Below are positions 1-10,208 of a stretch of 64,000 nt of DNA, piece after piece; the stretch's first letter is position 1, and the number at the start of each line of letters is the position of its first letter. The stretch lies in assembly GCA_031424315.1 (NCBI GenBank), contig JANPHF010000083.1:7137-71136 (forward strand), given 5' to 3'. This DNA is from Aestuariivirga sp. Lineage in GTDB: Bacteria > Pseudomonadota > Alphaproteobacteria > Rhizobiales > Aestuariivirgaceae. Position numbers and translations under genes: made by a program. Below the pieces are notes generated by a model. That model saw only the letters and a list, made by a program, of their open reading frames with translations, had not been told where the DNA came from and made no database searches.

Positions 1-122
1 TCTTCTGCTTCGGCGCGCGAGGAATTGTAGTGCACCGCGATGTCATGTCCCGCGGCCGCCAGATCCAGCGCCAATTGCCGGCCCACGCGCTTTGCCGCAC
101 CTGTGATCAGAATGCGTGACAT
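1..122 (-). CDS. short-chain dehydrogenase/reductase (SDR), N-terminal fragment; gene runs off the left edge
   Basis: Reverse translation from ATG 122-120 gives MSRILITGAAKRVGRQLALDLAAAGHDIAVHYNSS, a TGxxxxxG Rossmann N-terminus. The start overlaps the stop of the upstream cupin ORF by 1 nt. Confidence 0.6.
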   Translation of the reverse strand, partial: MSRILITGAAKRVGRQLALDLAAAGHDIAVHYNSSRAEAE

Positions 123-493
123 CAAGCGGCCTTGGGCATGAGGATCACATAGTGTTTCTTCACCTTGCGAACCGTTTCCCATGTGCCCTTGAAGCCAGCG
201 GGAATGATGAAGGCATCGCCCTTGGACAGCGTCCAGCTCTTGCCATCCTCACGCGTGAGAACGGCTTCGCCCTGAATGAAATGGCAGAACTCCCATTCAT
301 CATAAGACACATTCACCGTGCCTTTGGAGGATTCCCAAATGCCGCAATAGAGCCTGTCATCCTCGCCCGTGAAGGCGTTCCAGGTTTGTGTAACGGGATT
401 GCCCTTGACCACCTTTTCTGGCGGTTCCTTGGCGACAGCCACTTTCGGCGCGCCCTCACCGGATGATGTGAGAAGGATAATGTCGGTGCTCAT
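122..493 (-). CDS. cupin-fold protein (DUF861/cupin_3-like)
   Basis: 123-aa ORF. The C-terminal half (WEFCHFIQGEAVLTREDG...GDAFIIPAGFKGTWE) looks like a small cupin barrel. ATGA overlap with the cca stop. Confidence 0.6.
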   Translation of the reverse strand: MSTDIILLTSSGEGAPKVAVAKEPPEKVVKGNPVTQTWNAFTGEDDRLYCGIWESSKGTVNVSYDEWEFCHFIQGEAVLTREDGKSWTLSKGDAFIIPAGFKGTWETVRKVKKHYVILMPKAA

Positions 494-1692
494 GCGGAGT
501 TGCTTTCAATGTAAGTGAGAAGGTCGGCCTTGCTAGCCGCAAAATCGCCCGCAATCCAATAGTCTTCTGCCTGGCGCAACATTTCGCCTAACTTGGGCCC
601 AGCGGCCTTGCCCTGCCCCAGCAAATCCTTGCCTGAAAGTGGAAATTGTGGGGCCTGCCAGCGCGTGGGTAGCTTGATGAGCTTGGCCCATTTCCTGTCA
701 CCCGTCGCGGCGCGCGACCGCGCGAATGAAAGTTGCGCGGCATCAACAAAGCCTTGCGGGCCAAGTTGATAAAGCAGCGCGCGCTGTTCCTTCTCGCGCA
801 GCGCCAGCGAAAGCACGGGCGCCAATTGCAATGCCTCAATACGCCCGGCCTCATCATTGGAAAGGCGCAAAAGTTCTTTCAGCTTGGCTGGCTCCTGCGA
901 CAAGGCATAAAGCCGTAGCACCGCATCGCGCGGCAAGCGCGCAATCACGCTCCATTGCTCCGTGTGCGGCAGAATGTGCTTGAGCACGCCAGACGCCGCC
1001 ATCACCTTCAGTGTTTCCACCGCACGCGGTGCCACCAGCAGCTTGATCAGCTCCTGCCGTTTGCGCTCGGCAGATATGTCATCAAGGCCTTTGCGAAGCC
1101 GCTTGCAAGCCGCGAGGCCAATCTTGTCCGGCGCGCCCTTTCCGTAAGCGGCGTGGAAACGGAAGAACCGCAAGATGCGCAGATAGTCTTCCCGGATGCG
1201 CTCCGCAGCGATGCCTACAAACTTGATTCTGTTTTTTAGAATGTCCGCATAACCATTTGTAAAATCATAAATTTCGCCTTTGCGTGAGCAATAAAGCGCA
1301 TTCACGGTGAAATCCCGCCGGGCTGCGTCTTCCGCAAAATCCTTGGTGTAGGCCACCACGGCGCGCCGACCATCCGTCTCCACATCGCGGCGCAGCGTCG
1401 TCACTTCAAAAGCCGCTGCGCGGTTCACCACCGTCACCGTGCCATGATCAATGCCCGTAGGGTGAACGCCAAAACCCGCACCCTTGGCCAGTTGCAACAC
1501 ATCGCGCGGCTCCAGCGTGGTGGCCAGATCAACATCAGCAATCGGCAAGCCCATCAAAGCATTGCGAACGGCCCCACCTGCCACCCGCGTGTCACCACCC
1601 GTGTTCAACACCGCCAACACCGCCTGCAGGCGTGGTTCATTCAGCCAACTGGCGCGGGCAAGGCTGGGGAGCTTAGCGGTAGAGCGTGTCAT
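490..1692 (-). CDS. cca: CCA tRNA nucleotidyltransferase / poly(A) polymerase family
   Basis: 400-aa ORF with the GGAVRNALMG...DVDLATT nucleotidyltransferase head motif and a tRNA-NT-like body. Confidence 0.8.
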   Translation of the reverse strand: MTRSTAKLPSLARASWLNEPRLQAVLAVLNTGGDTRVAGGAVRNALMGLPIADVDLATTLEPRDVLQLAKGAGFGVHPTGIDHGTVTVVNRAAAFEVTTLRRDVETDGRRAVVAYTKDFAEDAARRDFTVNALYCSRKGEIYDFTNGYADILKNRIKFVGIAAERIREDYLRILRFFRFHAAYGKGAPDKIGLAACKRLRKGLDDISAERKRQELIKLLVAPRAVETLKVMAASGVLKHILPHTEQWSVIARLPRDAVLRLYALSQEPAKLKELLRLSNDEAGRIEALQLAPVLSLALREKEQRALLYQLGPQGFVDAAQLSFARSRAATGDRKWAKLIKLPTRWQAPQFPLSGKDLLGQGKAAGPKLGEMLRQAEDYWIAGDFAASKADLLTYIESNSA

Positions 1693-2284
1693 GCAAATTC
1701 CTTATCATGCCCGCCGTGGCACCCCAAATGTGTCGATCACCAAATTGATACACATAGTAGTGCCGTTTGAGCCCTTTCCATTCCCGGGCATGGCGCTGGC
1801 AATTTGAAACCTCCATCAGGAAGGCCAGCGGCACCTCAAAGGCCTCGTCCACCTCATCAGTTTGCAGCGCCAAGGCAAAGCCAGGTTCAACTTCGGCCAC
1901 GACAGGCGTGACCAGATAATTTGTCACCGTGAGATAGTTTCCGAGAAATCCTTTTGGCGCAACAAAACCACGCGCCAACCCGATTTCTTCTTCGGCTTCG
2001 CGCAATGCGGCTTCTAACAGCGTCTCGCCCGCATCCACGCGCCCGCCCGGAAAGGCAATCTGGCCTGCATGTTTGGCGAGGCCTGAATGACGCTGTGTGA
2101 GCAGCACCATGGGTTCAGCGCGCTTCACGATGGGGATGAGAACAGCCGCTGCCGTGGGCTGTGTTCCTTCTGGGATCAGCCGTGCCTTCTCATTCATGTC
2201 ATCGTCGCTGCGATCCCAATCTGCAGACGGGGCCTTCAACAGGTAGCTTTGCGCGCGTCGGCGGAAATCCTCAAAAATGAACAT
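1673..2284 (-). CDS. CoA pyrophosphatase, Nudix hydrolase family
   Basis: Nudix box GGRVDAGETLLEAALREAEEEIGL preceded by LLTQR..L..HAGQIAFPGG, typical of NudL-type CoA pyrophosphatases. Confidence 0.75.
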   Translation of the reverse strand: MFIFEDFRRRAQSYLLKAPSADWDRSDDDMNEKARLIPEGTQPTAAAVLIPIVKRAEPMVLLTQRHSGLAKHAGQIAFPGGRVDAGETLLEAALREAEEEIGLARGFVAPKGFLGNYLTVTNYLVTPVVAEVEPGFALALQTDEVDEAFEVPLAFLMEVSNCQRHAREWKGLKRHYYVYQFGDRHIWGATAGMIRNLHDTLYR

Positions 2285-2846
2285 CCGCCGCCTTTTTCAT
2301 CGGAAAGAATTGGCCGGAAGACCAGACGCCGAACCATTCGCCTCGCACTTCGCCGAGCGCCACCACATCATAAAACAGCGCACGCGAAACTAGCGCCTCC
2401 AAATTGCGGCGGATGAGAACATAAGGTTTCAAGCCGCCGGTGCCTTCCTCATCGGCAAAGTGCAGCGGATGTTCTGGCCCCACCGCCACTTCCTCTTCCA
2501 CCTGTGTTTCGAAATGGATGACCCGCGCCTGACCCTCACCTTCAACACGCATACGCACTGCGAAGAACGGTGCGTCATCAACCTTGATTCCACATTTCTC
2601 AACCGGTGTGACGAGATAGAACTTACCGTCATCATCCAGCCGCAATACCGAAGAGAATAGCTTCACCAGCGGCAAACGTCCGATGGGAGAATTCATGTAG
2701 TACCACAAGCCATCAGCCGCGATGCGCATGTTGATATCGCCGCAAAAAGGCGGATTCCACAGATGAACCGGGGCCGGGCCTCTGGCCTTGGCCAATTCCC
2801 GGCTCACTTCGTTCAAACCTTTGAGAGGCTCACTCGCAGAAGACAT
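2271..2846 (-). CDS. DUF1285 domain protein
   Basis: 191-aa ORF that overlaps the Nudix gene. The DUF1285 call is from memory of the conserved DUF1285-nudix-cca arrangement in alphaproteobacteria. Confidence 0.55.
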   Translation of the reverse strand: MSSASEPLKGLNEVSRELAKARGPAPVHLWNPPFCGDINMRIAADGLWYYMNSPIGRLPLVKLFSSVLRLDDDGKFYLVTPVEKCGIKVDDAPFFAVRMRVEGEGQARVIHFETQVEEEVAVGPEHPLHFADEEGTGGLKPYVLIRRNLEALVSRALFYDVVALGEVRGEWFGVWSSGQFFPMKKAADVHF

Positions 2847-2892
2847 TTGAACACTCTATAACTGTTTTGAGTCGCAAAGTAAGGCATTGGGA

Positions 2893-3873
2893 ATGGCAAA
2901 GAAAAGTGTCGAAGCAATGGATCAAACTGCTGAAAAGCTGAAGGCGGCCCGCGCTGCCCTGGGCGAGGTAGTGTTTGGCCAGGAACAGGTGATTGACCTG
3001 GCCCTCACTGCCATTCTGGCAGGCGGCCATGCACTGATTGTCGGGGCGCCCGGCCTGGCCAAAACCAAATTGGTGGCAGCCTTGGGAACCGTGCTTGGCC
3101 TTTCTGAAAAGCGCATTCAGTTCACACCGGATTTGATGCCCTCGGATATTCTTGGCGCGGAAATTCTGGATGAAGGCGAAAAGGGCCGCCGCGCCTTTCG
3201 CTTCGTGCCCGGCCCAGTGTTCTGCCAACTGTTGATGGCGGATGAAATCAACCGCGCCAGCCCGCGCACACAGTCCGCCTTGTTGCAGGCCATGCAGGAA
3301 CATCACATCACCGTGGCTGGCCAGCGCCACGATTTGCCGGAGCCCTTTCACGTTCTCGCCACGCAGAACCCGATCGAGCAGGAAGGCACCTACCCCCTAC
3401 CTGAAGCCCAGTTGGACCGTTTCCTGGTGCAGATCGATATCACCTATCCTTCTTTGGAGGCAGAGCGGCAGATGCTGTTTGCCACCACCGGGCGAGCCGA
3501 AATTCCGGCCCGCGCCGTGATGGATGAAACCAGCCTGCGTGAGGCGCAGCGCCTGGTGCGTGACGTGCCCGTTGGCGAGCAAGTGACATCGGCCATCCTG
3601 AATGTGGTGCGCGCCGCGCGCCCCGGCGAAGGTGCGCCCGCTTACGTGAACGAGGCCGTGTCCTGGGGGCCATCCCCACGCGCCGCGCAAAGCCTGATGC
3701 TCTGCGCTAAGGCCCGCGCCCTTTTGCAGGGTCGGCTTTCGCCATCAGTCGAAGATGTGAGAGTTCTGCTGGAGCCAGTATTGAAGCACCGCATGGCGCT
3801 GAACTTCGCCGCCCGTGCCGATGGCGTTACCCTGCCAGGCCTCATTGCCAAATTGGCCACCACGTTGGGCTGA
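2893..3873 (+). CDS. MoxR-family AAA+ ATPase
   Basis: Walker A GAPGLAKT and Walker B LLMADEINRASPRTQSALLQAMQE. ATG at 2893 (the ORF track opens at TTG 2887). Confidence 0.85.
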   Translation: MAKKSVEAMDQTAEKLKAARAALGEVVFGQEQVIDLALTAILAGGHALIVGAPGLAKTKLVAALGTVLGLSEKRIQFTPDLMPSDILGAEILDEGEKGRRAFRFVPGPVFCQLLMADEINRASPRTQSALLQAMQEHHITVAGQRHDLPEPFHVLATQNPIEQEGTYPLPEAQLDRFLVQIDITYPSLEAERQMLFATTGRAEIPARAVMDETSLREAQRLVRDVPVGEQVTSAILNVVRAARPGEGAPAYVNEAVSWGPSPRAAQSLMLCAKARALLQGRLSPSVEDVRVLLEPVLKHRMALNFAARADGVTLPGLIAKLATTLG

Positions 3874-3884
3874 CGCGAAACGCA

Positions 3885-4751
3885 ATGCCGCGCGCAAGCA
3901 CCCAAGATGTAGAATTCCGCGCCCGCCAACTAGGCGCGGCACTTCCGCCATTGGTTGTGAAGGCGGAGCGCATCGCGGCAACTGTGATGATGGGTTCACA
4001 CGGCCTGCGCCGCGCGGGGGCTGGTGAAACATTCTGGGCTTACCGCGACTATGCCTTTGGCGACTCAACCCAGCGCATCGATTGGCGCAAGAGCGCCAAG
4101 AGTGATGAAACCCTGATCCGCGAGAATGAGTGGGAAGCGGCCAACACGCTTTGGCTGTGGGCCAACCTCGGGCCCCGCATGAATTTCAAATCGCACTTGG
4201 CCGATGAAACCAAGCGCCACCACGCCGAAGTTCTAGCCTTGGCTATGGCCGCACTTTCGCTGCGGGCGCATGAACGGGTGGGCCTCCTGGGCTCCGGTGA
4301 ACGCGCCGCCTATGGCCGTCACATGCTATCGAAATTGGCGTTCAGTTTCGCACAAGGGGGCAGCAATGTGCTGCCTCAGCCCGCCACCACGCAGCGCCGC
4401 TCCACCGCCTTGCTGGTTTCGGATTTTCTCGATGAACCGGGCGCGCTTGAAAGGTCCATCACCGCCCTCGCGGCCAGCGGCATGCGCGGGCATTTGGTGC
4501 AGGTGACAGACCCGGCAGAAGAAACCCTGCCCTATGAGGGCCGCATGGATTTTGTGGGCCTCGATGTGGTCACTCGTTACAGGGCCACGCGTGCCGAAGG
4601 CCTTCGCGAAGCCTACGCCAACGCGTTCGCCGCCCAGCGCGAGATGGTACGCAACTTGGCGCGCCGGGTGGGATGGAGCTTCAGCCTGCACCGCACCGAT
4701 CAGCCGCTTTCCGCCAAGGTTCTGGCGCTTTACCAGCGCATGGGAATGTGA
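3885..4751 (+). CDS. DUF58 domain protein (MoxR partner)
   Basis: 288-aa ORF directly after MoxR. Contains the YRDYAFGDSTQRIDWRKSAK motif typical of DUF58. Confidence 0.8.
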   Translation: MPRASTQDVEFRARQLGAALPPLVVKAERIAATVMMGSHGLRRAGAGETFWAYRDYAFGDSTQRIDWRKSAKSDETLIRENEWEAANTLWLWANLGPRMNFKSHLADETKRHHAEVLALAMAALSLRAHERVGLLGSGERAAYGRHMLSKLAFSFAQGGSNVLPQPATTQRRSTALLVSDFLDEPGALERSITALAASGMRGHLVQVTDPAEETLPYEGRMDFVGLDVVTRYRATRAEGLREAYANAFAAQREMVRNLARRVGWSFSLHRTDQPLSAKVLALYQRMGM

Positions 4752-7477
4752 TGGGAGAATTGCTCGGGACACTGATGTTTGGCCAGCCATTGGCGCTGTG
4801 GGCGCTTCTGGCCCTGCCCGTGATCTGGTGGCTCTTGCGCGCCACGCCGCCGCGCCCGCGCGAACAGAAATTTCCGCCCATCGAAATTCTCGCGCGGCTG
4901 AAGAACGTCGAACACACGCCTGACAAAATGCCCTGGTGGCTGTTGTTGCTGCGCCTGACGCTGGCCGCCATCCTGATCTTCGCGGTCTCGCACCCCTTCC
5001 AGCGCAAGGGTGATCCAATTGTCTCTGCAAGCAACGGCCCGCTGCTGCTGGTGATGGACGATGGCTGGGCCGCCGCCAAGGATTGGCCCAAGCGTCAAGA
5101 AGCAGCACTCAACATCCTGTCCGAGGCGCAAGGCCGCGTGGTCTATCTGCTGGGCACCAGTGCGCCCGCAGCACCCGAGACGCAGAGCAGCAGCGATGCC
5201 GCTACTCATCTGCGTGCTATGCTGCCCAACGCGCTGAGCAGCAACCGCGCCAAGGCGCTGGATCTGATTTCCAAACTCAATCCGAAGCCTTCGCAAGCGA
5301 TTTGGCTGAGTGATGGCCTCGACGCCGGAACGGCGAAGAGTTTTGCCGATGGCCTGAATGCTCTCGCTTCCACCGCCACCCTCACTTTACCTTCGGCCCA
5401 GCCGCCGCTCGCACTTGGCAGGCCGGAATTGAAAGGCGGTGATGTGGTTGTGAATGTGTTGCGTGCCCCCGCCGCTCCTGCCGAAGCCACACTGCAGGCG
5501 CAGGCCGGAGATGGCCGAATTCTGGCGGAAGCGCCTGTCGTTTTTGGCAGCGCCACCGAAAAGCAAATTCACCTCAATTTGCCTGTGGAACTTCGCAACC
5601 AGATCCAGTCCCTCGCCCTCAAGGGCGAAAGCCAGGCCGCAGCCAAGTCCCTGCTGGACGATAGCTGGCGGCGCAAAACCGTGGCCCTGCTTTCAACCGC
5701 TGGCTTTGGGGCCGATCAACCGCTGCTGTCAGCACAACACTATCTCACCACTGCGCTGGCCGATGGCGCAGAGATCACAACGCCTCAGAATGGCGATGAG
5801 TTGCAAGGCGCGTTGGATCAAGGCCTTTCCATGCTGGTTCTGGCCGATGTCGGCACCCTGCCCCAATCGCAGCACGATGCCATTGCCGTCTGGTTGGACA
5901 AGGGCGGCCTGCTGCTGCGCTTTGCAGGCCCGCACCTTGCAGCCAGCAAGGACGATCTGCTGCCCGTGCAATTGCGCGAGGGAGACCGCAACCTCGGCAG
6001 CGCGTTAAGCTGGGAAACGCCCCAGACCATCAAGGACTTCGCCGCCCAAAGCCCATTAGGTGGGCTAGCCATCGATCCCCAGATCACCGTGTCGCGCCAG
6101 GTGCTGGCCGAGCCGGATGTGGATTTGAGCGCCAAGACTTGGGCCAGCCTGGCGGATGGCACGCCACTCATCACTTCCGCAAAACATGGCAATGGCCGCA
6201 TCATTCTGGTGCATGTCACTGCCAATGCCGAGTGGTCCAATCTGCCGCTCACCGGCACTTATGCTGAAATGATGCAGCGCTTCTTAGCGCTTGCGCCCGC
6301 CGCAGGAAGCCCTTCAGCACAAGGTGCTGCTACGCTCGCAGAGGGTGACTTCGCGCCACGCCTGCTGATGACGGGTACGGGCGATCTCGTTACCCCCACC
6401 GCGCAGGTGAAACCCATCGCAGCCAAAGACATTGCGAGCGCCACTGCCACGGAACAAACGCCAGCAGGCCTCTACTTCCGCAGTGGAGCCAACGCAGCGA
6501 TCAACTTGAAAGTTTCGGCGCAGGATCTGCTGCCGCTGCCAGGCTCCATCAATGCGACGCCGCTCAAACCCGCCGAAACCATCAGCTACGCGCGCGCGCT
6601 GTTCATACTCGCAGCTTTGCTCTTCCTGTTGGATTGCCTCGCAGCCTTGTTTGTTGGCGGCCATCTCTCACGCAAACCAGCAGCATCGATAGCTCTGCTG
6701 GCCTTAGCGCTCATTATACTGCCGGATCCACAGCCAGCTTCTGCGGAGCCTTCTGAGACGGAAGCGATGCAGGCCACGCTGGAAACCCATCTCGCGTTTG
6801 TGAAGACCGGTGACAGTGAAGTGGATCAGGTCAGCGAAGATGGGCTGAAGGGCCTTGACGAAATGGTGCAGGCCCGCACTTCGGCGCAGCTTGGCGCGCC
6901 CAAACCCATCGACATCGAGAATGATGAACTGGTGTTCTATCCTCTGCTCTATTGGCCGGTTCTGCCCGAGGCCGATCCACCGAACCCCAAGGCGCTGGCC
7001 CGCATTGCCGACTATATGAAAAACGGCGGCACGATCTTTTTTGATTTGCGCAATATCGGCGCAAGCCTCGGCACAAGTACGGAAGGCGAAGCCCTGCGCC
7101 GCATTCTGGCCGGGCTGGATGTGCCACCGCTGGAGCCCGTGCCCGAAGGCCATGCGCTGACCAAGAGTTTCTATCTGTTGAAGGATTTCCCCGGCCGTTA
7201 CGAGGGCGGCACACTGTGGGTGGAAACGCAGGACGATCCACAGGCTTCGGGATTTGATAATGTCTCTGGCCTCATCATCGGCAGCAACGACTACGCCGCT
7301 GCTTGGGCAAGTGATGAAACGGGTGGCCCGCTCTATGCCATGGTGCCGGGCTCGCCACGCCAGCGTGAACTTGCCTTTCGCGTTGGCATCAATGTTGTGA
7401 TGTATGTGCTAACGGGCAACTACAAGACCGATCAGGTGCATATTCCCGCCCTGCTGCAAAGGCTGGGCAAGCAATGA
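4751..7477 (+). CDS. BatA-N (double transmembrane N-terminus) / DUF4159 large membrane protein
   Basis: ATG at 4751 overlaps the DUF58 stop (TGATG). N-terminus FGQPLALWALLALPVIWWLLRATPP matches aerotolerance BatA-N type. The long C-terminal region ends with a DUF4159-like segment (VFYPLLYWP...). Confidence 0.7.
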   Translation: MGELLGTLMFGQPLALWALLALPVIWWLLRATPPRPREQKFPPIEILARLKNVEHTPDKMPWWLLLLRLTLAAILIFAVSHPFQRKGDPIVSASNGPLLLVMDDGWAAAKDWPKRQEAALNILSEAQGRVVYLLGTSAPAAPETQSSSDAATHLRAMLPNALSSNRAKALDLISKLNPKPSQAIWLSDGLDAGTAKSFADGLNALASTATLTLPSAQPPLALGRPELKGGDVVVNVLRAPAAPAEATLQAQAGDGRILAEAPVVFGSATEKQIHLNLPVELRNQIQSLALKGESQAAAKSLLDDSWRRKTVALLSTAGFGADQPLLSAQHYLTTALADGAEITTPQNGDELQGALDQGLSMLVLADVGTLPQSQHDAIAVWLDKGGLLLRFAGPHLAASKDDLLPVQLREGDRNLGSALSWETPQTIKDFAAQSPLGGLAIDPQITVSRQVLAEPDVDLSAKTWASLADGTPLITSAKHGNGRIILVHVTANAEWSNLPLTGTYAEMMQRFLALAPAAGSPSAQGAATLAEGDFAPRLLMTGTGDLVTPTAQVKPIAAKDIASATATEQTPAGLYFRSGANAAINLKVSAQDLLPLPGSINATPLKPAETISYARALFILAALLFLLDCLAALFVGGHLSRKPAASIALLALALIILPDPQPASAEPSETEAMQATLETHLAFVKTGDSEVDQVSEDGLKGLDEMVQARTSAQLGAPKPIDIENDELVFYPLLYWPVLPEADPPNPKALARIADYMKNGGTIFFDLRNIGASLGTSTEGEALRRILAGLDVPPLEPVPEGHALTKSFYLLKDFPGRYEGGTLWVETQDDPQASGFDNVSGLIIGSNDYAAAWASDETGGPLYAMVPGSPRQRELAFRVGINVVMYVLTGNYKTDQVHIPALLQRLGKQ

Positions 7478-9537
7478 ACCTGAGCTTCCAGCCCTACCTG
7501 GATTGGCCCTGGCTCGCGGCCTTTGCCGCACTGGTGATTGCCGCCTGTGCCTTCCTCCTGTGGAAGCGTGAGCGTGGCGCGCTGCTGCGCTTGCTTGCTG
7601 GCGCAGCGCTGTTGGCGGCGCTCTTCAATCCTGTACTGCATCAGGACGAGCGTCAACAACTCACAGACATTGCGATCCTCGTCATCGACCACAGCGAAAG
7701 CCAGAACCTAGGCTCGCGCAATGCCGAAACCGACAAAGTTGCAGCAGACTTGCGCCGGCGCATCGCCGCACTCGGCAATATGGAGTTGCGCGAAACCACG
7801 GTCACCTCCGGCACTATACAGGGGCAAGATGGCACGCGTGCCTTTGCAGCGCTGAATAAGGCGATGGCTGATATTCCCGCCAACCGTTTTGCAGGTGCCA
7901 TCTTCATCACCGACGGCCAGATCCACGATGTACCGCAAGGCAAGCCATTGGCTGATTTGAAGGGCCCTCTGCATGGCCTAATCACGGGAAATAAGAATGA
8001 AAGTGATCGCCGCCTCGTCATCGATCACGCGCCGCAATTCACCCTCGTGGGCCAGACAGCCCGCATTGCGTTCCATGTCGAAGACACCAGCAAGAGCGCA
8101 GCTGAGATTCCCATCACCATTCAGGCTGGAACTGATGAACCCAAGAGACTGGTTGTCCGCCCCGGTGCGGCTGCGGAGGTGGATGTGGACATCACCCACG
8201 CAGGCGAAAATTTCATTTCGCTTTCGGCCGAGTTGCGCCCCGGCGAAATCTCCGCCGACAACAATCGCGGCCTCGCCGTGGTGCAAGGTATCCGCGACCG
8301 GCTTCGGGTGTTGCTGATTTCGGGAGAGCCCAATGCCGGCGAACGCACCTGGCGCAATTTGTTGAAAGCGGATTCGGCTGTTGATCTCGTGCACTTCACG
8401 ATTCTGCGCCCGCCGGAAAAGCAAGACGGCACACCCAACAACGAACTCTCCCTCATCACTTTCCCCACGCAAGAGCTGTTTGTTGATAAGCTCGACAAAT
8501 TCGATCTCGTGATCTTTGATCGCTATCACCGCGAGAGCGTGTTGCCCGACGCCTATATCGCCAATATTGCGGATTACGTGCGCAAGGGTGGCGCTCTACT
8601 CGTTTCCTCCGGGCCGGAGTTTGCCGAAGGTGATGGCCTCGATTCCACGCCCATTGCAGATGTGCTCGGCGCTTCCGCCACAGGCAACATTACCGAAGAA
8701 GGTTTCCGCCCCAAGCTTACGACGGTGGGCGAGCGTCATCCCGTCACCCAAGGCCTGAAAGGCGCCAGCGCCACCGCTCCAACCTGGGGCCGATGGTTCC
8801 GCTTGATTGACGCAACTCCGCTGAGTGAACAGGACAAGACAGAAACATTGATGAGTGGCCCACAAGACAAGCCGCTCCTTGTTTTGCGCCGGGTGGAGGA
8901 TGGCCGTGTGGCGCAACTGCTCTCAGATCAAGGCTGGCTCTGGGCGCGTGGCTATGATGGCGGAGGGCCGCAGGCCGAACTGCTCAAGCGCATCGCCCAC
9001 TGGCTGATGAAAGAGCCAGAGCTGGAGGAAGATCGCCTCATCGCCCGCCAACAGGGTGATCAGATTATTGTCGAGCGCCACGGCCTGAAGGATGAATACA
9101 AGTCAGTCACCCTCACAGGGCCGGGAGGCAAGGACGAGGCCATTCCTCTTGCACCCAAGAGCCCGGGCGTTTTCACAGGTGACGTGAACCCCAAAACGCC
9201 GGGCCTCTATGAGGTGAAGGATGGCGCTCTGCAAAGCTTCGTCAATTTCGGCCTCGGCGATGCCAAGGAAATGGCTGAACTGGTGCCCACCTTGGCCAAG
9301 CTCAAGCCAGCGGCTGATGCTACTGGCGGCGGGATGTTCTGGCTGCAGGATGGCCTGCCCCATTTGGGCAAGCAGGACAGCGGTAATGCCTTTGCAGGGG
9401 CGGGCTGGTTGAACCTGCGCGCCAATGGTCAGTTCAAGATTCTCTCCATACGCGAAATAGATCTTTTCTCCAGCCTGATGGCGCTGGCCGCCTTGCTATT
9501 GATTGCCAGCGCGATGTGGAAGCGCGAGGGGCGCTAG
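7474..9537 (+). CDS. conserved membrane protein, fourth gene of the MoxR operon
   Basis: 687-aa ORF with an ATGA overlap to the upstream gene. Has N-terminal TM segments and a C-terminal TM anchor (LMALAALLLIASAMW). Confidence 0.65.
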   Translation: MNLSFQPYLDWPWLAAFAALVIAACAFLLWKRERGALLRLLAGAALLAALFNPVLHQDERQQLTDIAILVIDHSESQNLGSRNAETDKVAADLRRRIAALGNMELRETTVTSGTIQGQDGTRAFAALNKAMADIPANRFAGAIFITDGQIHDVPQGKPLADLKGPLHGLITGNKNESDRRLVIDHAPQFTLVGQTARIAFHVEDTSKSAAEIPITIQAGTDEPKRLVVRPGAAAEVDVDITHAGENFISLSAELRPGEISADNNRGLAVVQGIRDRLRVLLISGEPNAGERTWRNLLKADSAVDLVHFTILRPPEKQDGTPNNELSLITFPTQELFVDKLDKFDLVIFDRYHRESVLPDAYIANIADYVRKGGALLVSSGPEFAEGDGLDSTPIADVLGASATGNITEEGFRPKLTTVGERHPVTQGLKGASATAPTWGRWFRLIDATPLSEQDKTETLMSGPQDKPLLVLRRVEDGRVAQLLSDQGWLWARGYDGGGPQAELLKRIAHWLMKEPELEEDRLIARQQGDQIIVERHGLKDEYKSVTLTGPGGKDEAIPLAPKSPGVFTGDVNPKTPGLYEVKDGALQSFVNFGLGDAKEMAELVPTLAKLKPAADATGGGMFWLQDGLPHLGKQDSGNAFAGAGWLNLRANGQFKILSIREIDLFSSLMALAALLLIASAMWKREGR

Positions 9538-10082
9538 GCCCGCTTGGCGTCAACAATTTCACGCCACCGCCAGGGCGGAAGCGCCAACCCCTGTGCTTCA
9601 GCCAAGGCACCGGCTTTGAGTTCAAGATAAAGCAGGCGTTTGGGATCAAACACCCCAGGCATGTCCATCTGCCGTTCCGGCACTTGCTGAAAGCCCACCC
9701 GCGCGTAATAGGGCGCATCACCAATGAGAATGACAAGGCCATGGCCCTTGGCCGTGGCCCGCGCGATGCCTTCCTGCATTAGGGCCAGCCCAATGCCCAG
9801 ACGCTGCCGCGCCGGATGCACTGCGAGCGGCCCCAGCAATAACGCGGGTGCCAGCGTGGGGCCAATCAGCAAGGGCCAAAAGGAAATGGCGCCAACCAAT
9901 CCAAAGCCTTCTTCCTGCACCAGCAACGAAAGGCCAGAAATGGCGGCGCTTCCCTCGCGCAACCGATATGACATTTTGGTGCGCCGGCTCGGCCCAAAGG
10001 CCAAATCAAGCAAATGCTCAACAGCAGCGGAGTCAGCAGGGGTCTGGTCGGAAACTTTGTGGATCTGGTTCATGGGGGCCAA
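9534..10082 (-). CDS. GNAT family N-acetyltransferase
   Basis: 182 aa with the acetyl-CoA motif HPARQRLGIGLALM. Convergent 4-nt stop overlap with the upstream gene. Confidence 0.75.
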   Translation of the reverse strand: MAPMNQIHKVSDQTPADSAAVEHLLDLAFGPSRRTKMSYRLREGSAAISGLSLLVQEEGFGLVGAISFWPLLIGPTLAPALLLGPLAVHPARQRLGIGLALMQEGIARATAKGHGLVILIGDAPYYARVGFQQVPERQMDMPGVFDPKRLLYLELKAGALAEAQGLALPPWRWREIVDAKRA

Positions 10083-10208
10083 CGTTAAATGGATTTCATC
10101 TGCCCCGGCATGCGCGAGGGGCGGCTCAGGCGAAACGTCGGCCGCGTCGGATGTTGGTGATGTTGAACTTGTCCATGTCAGGCCCGATAACGCCTGCGCG
10201 CTGGTTCG

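Noticed and set aside
10126-10176. 16-codon minus-strand ORF (MDKFNITNIRRGRRFA) in the gap between the GNAT and Nudix genes
   Set aside because: It is too short, has no convincing ribosome-binding site, and matches no known small protein or leader peptide that I recognise.
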